Notes under the pieces: model-generated
Database searches by the model: none
What the model was told of the DNA's origin: nothing
The model's input: only the letters and a program-made list of their open reading frames with translations
Shown: one piece after another, positions 13,733 to 19,484 of the stretch
How the letters are laid out: each line of letters starts with the position of its first letter
How positions within the stretch are numbered: the first letter of the stretch is position 1
Source: Bradyrhizobium sp. CCGE-LA001
GTDB taxonomy: Bacteria; Pseudomonadota; Alphaproteobacteria; Rhizobiales; Xanthobacteraceae
DNA: 24,000 nt
NCBI RefSeq assembly: GCF_000296215.2
Contig: NZ_CP013949.1
Coordinates: 7,298,248-7,322,247, forward strand
Reading direction: 5' to 3'
Position numbers and translations under genes: made by a program

Positions 13733-16105
13733 TCAGCGATTGCGTGGACGGAACGTAAAGCGGGCCGCTTCGGCGAAAGCCTGAGCGAAGCGCTCGCTGC
13801 CGGTCTTGCGGTCCACAAAGATTTCATCCTCTCTTTGAAGCGCATTCGCGGAAATATCCGGGCCGGTGTCAGTCGCGCGCGTCTCCGACGGGTCGCGGCC
13901 GGCGGCGGCGACGTATACGGCGCGCAATGCGGTGAGGACGGCGGCTCGCATGCCTTCGTCGTTGAGGCGTTCACGTAACCGGATCTGGGCATCATCTCGA
14001 CCTTCCGCGACGGGTTCTTTGTTAGGAAGGAGACAAGCCACGAGCGGATGGAGGCCATCGGTCGGCAGGTTCTGTCCAGCGATTTCGGCGACCAGCGCCG
14101 CGGTTTCCGTGGTGAGCCCGACCTCGCAGGCGAGAGCAAAAAGCAAATACGGATAGAGCGGTGTCTTGCCGACGCCGCCCGCCTCCAAGTCCGCAATGCC
14201 CGTGGGCCCACGCATCACGCGGATTAGGCGGTAGGTATTGACCAGGCGCTTCAGCCCGCGCGGTGACTTTCCTGCAAGCGGCGCCATGGCCGCCAGCGCT
14301 CGCCGCTCGAATTTTGACATCGTGGCTCGTCGTTGCGCCGCGGTTTGAAATAGCGTGGGATCGGGCGCCACGTCGATCGGCACCATGTTGTCCTGGCCCT
14401 GCTGCCCGCCTTTGTCACCGGCGGCCTGCCCCGGAGAGTCTGCGGGCTCTTCCTCCTGTTTATCGATGCCGCTGACGAATGTCTCGACCATTCCGGGATT
14501 GCTGATGGGCTGCATCCAGATCGGCAGCTGGAAAATCTTTTCAAGGTAATCGGCGACAGTTGCGCCAGCGGGCTGTACCGGTTGGTCGGCATCACCCGGT
14601 TGCCCGGGCACCGCAAGCTGGCCGCTGTAGACCTTGCCGACAGCGCGATGCAGCCAGCGGGCATCGACGGCAACGACTACGACGAAAAGGTCAAAGGCAA
14701 GGAGAAGGTGGATTGCCTGCAGGACCTGCACAACGTGCTGCTCGGAGCAGCGGTCAAGATCGTCGATATAGACGATGATGCGTCGCACCTCGGGAACGTG
14801 GGTGAGATCGGCTACTTTGTCTGCTGCGGGCTTGGAGTTGCCTTCGGCGGGTTTGACCTCCGCCGGCGCTGCCGCACGCTTCTCGTGCATGATCTGCTCG
14901 AGGGTTACGAAGCACCGCCTGACCGTCGCGAGAAGCCCAAGCTTCTTGCGCACCTCGGCAAGCTCCGGCGAGTAGGTAATGAAGTAGCGCAGCAGACCTT
15001 CGCGAGATCGCCCCTCGGCCGCGAGGCTGTAAGAGGCCGCGAACTCCGTTGCCTTCTTCTGCTCGGCGATCATGGCGTCGAGCTTCTCGCGTTCCTTCTT
15101 GACCAACTCAGAGGCTTCGCGCCGCTCATTGTTTAGCTCGGCAGCTCGCTTCTCCTTGCGGGCGAGGAATTCGGCGGCTAGCGAGAGGATCGGCGTCGCG
15201 GTGCCGATCGCGATCGCAGCCGTGCCGATCAGCGTTCCGAGCACAGCAACGGAAGGAAAGGCACTAACGATGTAGGACCAAATCTCCGGGACACGTCCCC
15301 AACCGAGATACCAGACGGCCCCGCCGACTCCGATGGTAAGAACGGCGAGGGCTGCAGTGAGCCCATAGATGATGCCCCGGCTGAGACTGCGGCGCAGCAG
15401 CACGAAGAGCAGCCCGGCGCGGCTCGGCAGATCGAACAACCCCGACAGGAGCGACGCAAGCTTTTCCGGATCGCGCTCGCCGGTCGGTACACCGCACGCC
15501 TGCAACAACTCGTCGAGACGCTTCTTGTGGGCTTCGGCCTTTTCGACTTCGCGCCTCTTGTTCGGGTCCTTTTTGTCTTTATCGCTGAGTTCCTTCGGGG
15601 TTGCTTTTGTGATGAGTTCTTTGGCCATCTCGCCTGCCACGGTCGCTGCCACTGGCTCGTGCTCGAGGCCTACGAGCTTTGTCTCGGCCGCCTGTATAGC
15701 CTCGCGCTGAAGTTCGATAGCGCCTTCTACCAGCGGCGAAGCTTCGGCGTCCCTGCGCAGTCGCTTGGCGATCTCTGTGATCAGGCCGGTCCTAAGCTTA
15801 CCGTCCGGTGCGCGGCCGTCGATGGCATCGGCAAGCTGATCGAACAGCTCTGCTGTAAGGGAAGCCCAGAGGTTTTCGGCATCGGCATGACTCCAAGCAT
15901 CGAAGTTAATCTGCACCACCTTCGGCGCCGCCGGCACACTCGGTTCCGGCGACGTGCGCGCGGCAATTTGATCCTTTAGCAGGCGGATAAGCGTACTCTT
16001 TCCCGAACCCCAAGGACCGAACACTCCAACCGCGACCGGCGGCTTGAGGTCATCGAGCAGTAACAGATCAGCAAGCGCCGCCGCATCGCTCCCGGTGTTG
16101 AGCAA
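13733..16105 (-). CDS. KAP-family P-loop NTPase with transmembrane helices inserted inside the NTPase domain
   Basis: The Walker A motif is VGVFGPWGSGKSTL. The Walker B motif is RRIIVYIDDLDRCSEQHVVQVLQAIHLLL, about 410 residues later; DDLDRC is the KAP family signature. In between lie charged coiled-coil-like stretches and hydrophobic segments (GLLFVLLRRSLSRGIIYGLTAALAVLTIGVGGAVWYLGW and IWSYIVSAFPSVAVLGTLIGTAAIAIGTATPILSLAAEFL). The called start is TTG at 16105, with GAGG 5 nt upstream. Protein-like KAP N-terminal sequence continues upstream in the same frame without a start codon (see findings). Confidence 0.85.
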   Translation of the reverse strand: MLNTGSDAAALADLLLLDDLKPPVAVGVFGPWGSGKSTLIRLLKDQIAARTSPEPSVPAAPKVVQINFDAWSHADAENLWASLTAELFDQLADAIDGRAPDGKLRTGLITEIAKRLRRDAEASPLVEGAIELQREAIQAAETKLVGLEHEPVAATVAGEMAKELITKATPKELSDKDKKDPNKRREVEKAEAHKKRLDELLQACGVPTGERDPEKLASLLSGLFDLPSRAGLLFVLLRRSLSRGIIYGLTAALAVLTIGVGGAVWYLGWGRVPEIWSYIVSAFPSVAVLGTLIGTAAIAIGTATPILSLAAEFLARKEKRAAELNNERREASELVKKEREKLDAMIAEQKKATEFAASYSLAAEGRSREGLLRYFITYSPELAEVRKKLGLLATVRRCFVTLEQIMHEKRAAAPAEVKPAEGNSKPAADKVADLTHVPEVRRIIVYIDDLDRCSEQHVVQVLQAIHLLLAFDLFVVVVAVDARWLHRAVGKVYSGQLAVPGQPGDADQPVQPAGATVADYLEKIFQLPIWMQPISNPGMVETFVSGIDKQEEEPADSPGQAAGDKGGQQGQDNMVPIDVAPDPTLFQTAAQRRATMSKFERRALAAMAPLAGKSPRGLKRLVNTYRLIRVMRGPTGIADLEAGGVGKTPLYPYLLFALACEVGLTTETAALVAEIAGQNLPTDGLHPLVACLLPNKEPVAEGRDDAQIRLRERLNDEGMRAAVLTALRAVYVAAAGRDPSETRATDTGPDISANALQREDEIFVDRKTGSERFAQAFAEAARFTFRPRNR

Positions 16106-17112
16106 GTCGGCCTCGGTCCGATCATTCGCAAACGCATGGGTTTCGCCAGCGGCGCGGGGGGCAGGCTTACCTGCCGCATCTCGTCTAAGATCGGGCCCCA
16201 GGACTCGAGCTTGTCGCCCAGGTTTACGTAATTCTTAATTTCGTCCTGAACAATCCGCGTCAATGTATCGCGCCAGCTGATAAAGTTCAGTCCAGCGGCA
16301 TCGCTGGCTACACGCCCTATCTCTTCAAGGACGAGTCCGGCGAGGAAGTGCCGCACGCCGCCTTCAAGGTACGAGACATTTGTCTTTTCGCGCAGCAAGG
16401 ACATACGAAGAAGAATGGCTACGAGTTCCGGACCAACGATCACGTTGCTCGCACTCGCATCAATTGTCGTTTCGGACGGGAAATCGAACTGCCCAAGCTG
16501 AGTGGGCGTTGCACTGGAATATTCGCGCACTATCCTCGGCAGGAATACGCTCGGCCTACTCGCCATACCTTGCCCAATCTGCCGGTGCAGCAGCGCATCG
16601 AAAACCTGACGTGGCCGCAAAATCCGATCGTGGTCGAGCCGGGTCGCAGCAATCCGAAGCAGCCGTCCAAGGTTTGCCGAAACATAGGGCACGGCGCTCT
16701 CAGGCCAGGTGAACGCGAGAATGTCCTGTAGAGCAGCGCCACGGTCTCGTGCCGGCGCCAGCGGATCCGCCAGAGGAGCGATACCGTTCTGACCGATCGT
16801 GCCGGTCCCCTGCAGCGTATCTGGTTCTTCACCAGCAGCCTGCTGCTCTCTACTGCCCGCTTGTTCGTCGAAATCGGATTCGCTCTCGTTCTTCGCCTTT
16901 CCTGGGCGTCGATCGACCCTCCGACGCAATTCTGAAAGTTGACTTTCCAATTCGATCTGCCGCGACGTCTTGGACCATCCAGGCTCCTCGGACGGCGACG
17001 CGCTTGATGAGACGGATGTCACATACGGCTTATTTCGGGCAGCCTCGAGCGCTGCGATCTCCCGTTCAAGGTTCGCTATCTGGTCATGCAGGTTACTTGC
17101 GAGTTCTTGCAT
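15976..17112 (-). CDS. Hypothetical protein: N-terminal coiled coil, acidic low-complexity linker, ~230-aa helical domain; partner of, or fused to, the KAP NTPase
   Basis: The track ORF is 15976..17178. I prefer the ATG at 17112 (MQELASNLHDQIANLEREIAALEAARNK). Codon usage is consistent down to about 16160. The last ~60 codons (PMRLRMIGPRPTCSTPGAMRRRLL...) overlap the KAP gene out of frame and look non-protein-like, so the true 3' end is uncertain. Confidence 0.55.
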   Translation of the reverse strand: MQELASNLHDQIANLEREIAALEAARNKPYVTSVSSSASPSEEPGWSKTSRQIELESQLSELRRRVDRRPGKAKNESESDFDEQAGSREQQAAGEEPDTLQGTGTIGQNGIAPLADPLAPARDRGAALQDILAFTWPESAVPYVSANLGRLLRIAATRLDHDRILRPRQVFDALLHRQIGQGMASRPSVFLPRIVREYSSATPTQLGQFDFPSETTIDASASNVIVGPELVAILLRMSLLREKTNVSYLEGGVRHFLAGLVLEEIGRVASDAAGLNFISWRDTLTRIVQDEIKNYVNLGDKLESWGPILDEMRQVSLPPAPLAKPMRLRMIGPRPTCSTPGAMRRRLLICYCSMTSSRRSRLECSVLGVRERVRLSAC

Positions 17113-17558
17113 TGCATCGCCCTCGTGCCGGCATTCAAGGTCGAGGCAGGTGAAACCGCGCCCGCGGCGACGCCTCAACGGTCGGATGCATGTAATCTAA
17201 TTCACAATCGTGACCTGTGCTACACACCGGCGTCGCGAAGAGCCGGTGGATTGCGCAACGGCGCGCAGGCGAAGGGCTGCGGCGGCACAACGCCCGCCGA
17301 CCCGCGATCATTGAGGCGTTCAGAAACTCAGGCGGAAAGCCTGAATGTGCGGAAAATGAGTCCGCAATTGGTGCGTGATTGGCCTCGCAAAGAATCTGCT
17401 TTCTGGCGATTAGCAGACTGCGGATTGAGTTCAGGACCTGCGCTTGTTAGCCCGAACCGAAGCGGTTTGAGGGAGGATGCGGGTCCCTCCGAGGACGCCA
17501 CCCCCTACGGCACAAACGCGCCCCAGAAAATCACCAGCCGCAGAGGGCGGAAGCTGGG

Positions 17559-17588
17559 TTGACAAGGTTGACACGTTGACAGTCGACA
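17559..17588 (+). repeat. Cluster of TTGACA hexamers (3 exact plus 1 TCGACA) at 9-, 8- and 7-nt spacing
   Basis: TTGACAaggTTGACAcgTTGACAgTCGACA was read directly. It lies in the ~500-bp gene-free spacer between the two minus-strand cargo units. The hexamers are on the + strand, antisense to both flanking genes. Confidence 0.6.
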
Positions 17589-17674
17589 ACAAGCGATCAT
17601 TAAGACAATTCATTTCCATTGCGCGACATCGATCAGGATGGTCCGACGGATGAGAAAGTGCGCATTTGGCGGTA

Positions 17675-18445
17675 TCAGCGCTGCGCCCAGGACAGCAGCC
17701 AGCCCGACGACAGCGTCGTGAGCCAGAGGATGACGACTAGCGTCAGCCAGGCGAATGGTACGACGAAAGCGAGAAGTGGTTCAGGCGCCTTTGCGACGGC
17801 TACCTTGCCGCTATTGCGACCCGAGGTGTAACTTGTCTGTGCCGGCTTCGTTTTCAGCCATCGGGCCAGCGCGCTGACGCCAAGGTTGATGAGCAGTGCC
17901 GCAACCAGGGCATGCGCAGCGCTGGCGGCGATCTCGTACTGGTCTCCCTTCAAGTCAAGGCTCCGCAATAGCAGACTGATTGAATCGATCGCATGGTTCT
18001 CGCGCTGGCCGGACTGGAGCTTCTCAGCAAGCAGAAACGACAGCGACAACAGGATCACCGTGACGGAAAACGCTGACACGATCGATGTCATCATCACTCG
18101 GTGCGCCAAGGATTGCAGCGGCGATTTGTCATACCCGCAGCTCACGAACATTCGAGTCAGAACAAACAGTCCGAAGACGGCCAAGAGAGCGGCGACGGCG
18201 GCAAGAAAGAAATATTCTGGATATTCTCCGAGTAGCTTGCCGTATCCGCCGGGGTGCACGCGCATCAGATGCAGCAGGAACGGCAGCGACAGCCAGATCA
18301 GCGCGGCTAGTCCGCGTTCGATGCGGCGATTACCGAGCATCGCGCGACCAGGAAAGCGCGTCAGGGTTAGCATGCTGGACGGCTCGGCCTCCGCCTCGAT
18401 CGCCTCGCTGGCAAGCACGGCTGCGGACATACTGCTGGTCGGCAT
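17675..18445 (-). CDS. Polytopic inner-membrane protein (256 aa, about 5 TM segments), unknown function
   Basis: ATG at 18445, with GGGAG 7 nt upstream overlapping the stop of the preceding gene. Hydrophobic segments are LAALIWLSLPFLLHLM, YFFLAAVAALLAVFGLFVLTRMFV, VMMTSIVSAFSVTVILLSLSFLLA, AHALVAALLINLGVSALA and LLAFVVPFAWLTLVVILWLTTL. Confidence 0.6.
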   Translation of the reverse strand: MPTSSMSAAVLASEAIEAEAEPSSMLTLTRFPGRAMLGNRRIERGLAALIWLSLPFLLHLMRVHPGGYGKLLGEYPEYFFLAAVAALLAVFGLFVLTRMFVSCGYDKSPLQSLAHRVMMTSIVSAFSVTVILLSLSFLLAEKLQSGQRENHAIDSISLLLRSLDLKGDQYEIAASAAHALVAALLINLGVSALARWLKTKPAQTSYTSGRNSGKVAVAKAPEPLLAFVVPFAWLTLVVILWLTTLSSGWLLSWAQR

Positions 18446-18458
18446 CGATAGCTCCCGT

Positions 18459-19388
18459 TTAGCGGCCCGAGGAAGTCTTCCACGTGACGGTCCGTACTAA
18501 GGGCGTGCGATCGCCATTCTTGCTCGCGCGCCACAGTCTGATCATGGTCCGATAGGGTTGCCAAGTCCTGAACGACCAGGAATCCTGGGTCGGAACACTG
18601 AAGCCGAAGCAAGCCGGTGCCGCGCTGTCACCTGCCGAAACGATAGCGAATTCAGTGGTATAGGAGCCGCGAGTCTCCGCGTCCTTCTTCTGACGCCTAC
18701 GCTCGGCGTCAGCGCCGAACACGGTCCGCAGCACCTCCATGTCGTCGGGCAACCTCTCGAAGCCGTAAGTCTTCCAGCGCTGTCCGCGGGTAACAAGATC
18801 GCTGTTACTTCCGACGCAGTCGGTGCCGCCGTCCTTCAGATCGAGATGCAGACGATCGCCTATGTTCGTTCCCAGCGGGTTGCGCGAAATGTCATCGGCG
18901 TGATTCTGGGCATATTCGCGCATGCTGACCCAGCGGCTGTTGAGCCAACGACCACCACCAAACTGCAGTAACGCCTTGCCGCCCGAGCACTCCGTTGCAA
19001 TGCCCGGCCGCCAGAGTTTGACCTTGTCTGCCTCGATCCGGCTCCCGATATCCACCCCGGGCTCCTCAATCGTTTCGGTGCGCACACTCCAGACTTCTTC
19101 CCGGCCCGCCAGGACCCTGCCGCCGATCATGAACAAGCGCGCTTCGGGGTGATATGTCAGGGCTACGCCGTTGACGCGATAATAGCGGCGGCCGTCCCCG
19201 AGGCTGCCAGCTTCGCCCGGCGCGGCAGCAATGTGGGCCGGATAAAGCAGGAACAGGCCGCGCGCAGCGCCGAGTCCGGTACAGACGGCCTGGTCGTCGT
19301 TCCAATTGGGGACCTGTGCAGCCGCCGGAGCAAGGGTCCCGAGCCACGCCACGAACATCGGTATCGGCAATAGATGAACAAAATTCAT
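18459..19388 (-). CDS. Secreted/periplasmic protein (~309 aa) of unknown function
   Basis: The track ORF starts at GTG 19418. The ATG at 19388 gives a canonical signal peptide, MNFVHLLPIPMFVAWLGTLAPAAA-QV. The rest is soluble-looking with several Cys residues. The gene is 13 nt from the next one. Confidence 0.6.
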   Translation of the reverse strand: MNFVHLLPIPMFVAWLGTLAPAAAQVPNWNDDQAVCTGLGAARGLFLLYPAHIAAAPGEAGSLGDGRRYYRVNGVALTYHPEARLFMIGGRVLAGREEVWSVRTETIEEPGVDIGSRIEADKVKLWRPGIATECSGGKALLQFGGGRWLNSRWVSMREYAQNHADDISRNPLGTNIGDRLHLDLKDGGTDCVGSNSDLVTRGQRWKTYGFERLPDDMEVLRTVFGADAERRRQKKDAETRGSYTTEFAIVSAGDSAAPACFGFSVPTQDSWSFRTWQPYRTMIRLWRASKNGDRTPLVRTVTWKTSSGR

Positions 19389-19484
19389 GTCGAACGGCCC
19401 CCGATCTCGATCAACCACAAAGTTCGCTAACGCACATTAGCGCCTGACAATAATAGAAGGATGCCCCTCAGCATCTACCAACGT

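Noticed and set aside
14582-15136. 184-aa + strand ORF, plus several 60-140-aa ORFs on both strands, within the KAP NTPase gene
   Set aside because: They are antisense or off-frame shadows. The 13733..16105 frame contains the KAP Walker A / DDLDRC signature and TM helices.
17086-17562. 158-aa + strand ORF filling the 17.2-17.6 kb spacer
   Set aside because: It has an Arg/Gly/Ala/Pro-rich composition and no RBS, and it begins inside, and antisense to, the start of the coiled-coil gene. It is treated as non-coding, although the spacer itself is flagged.
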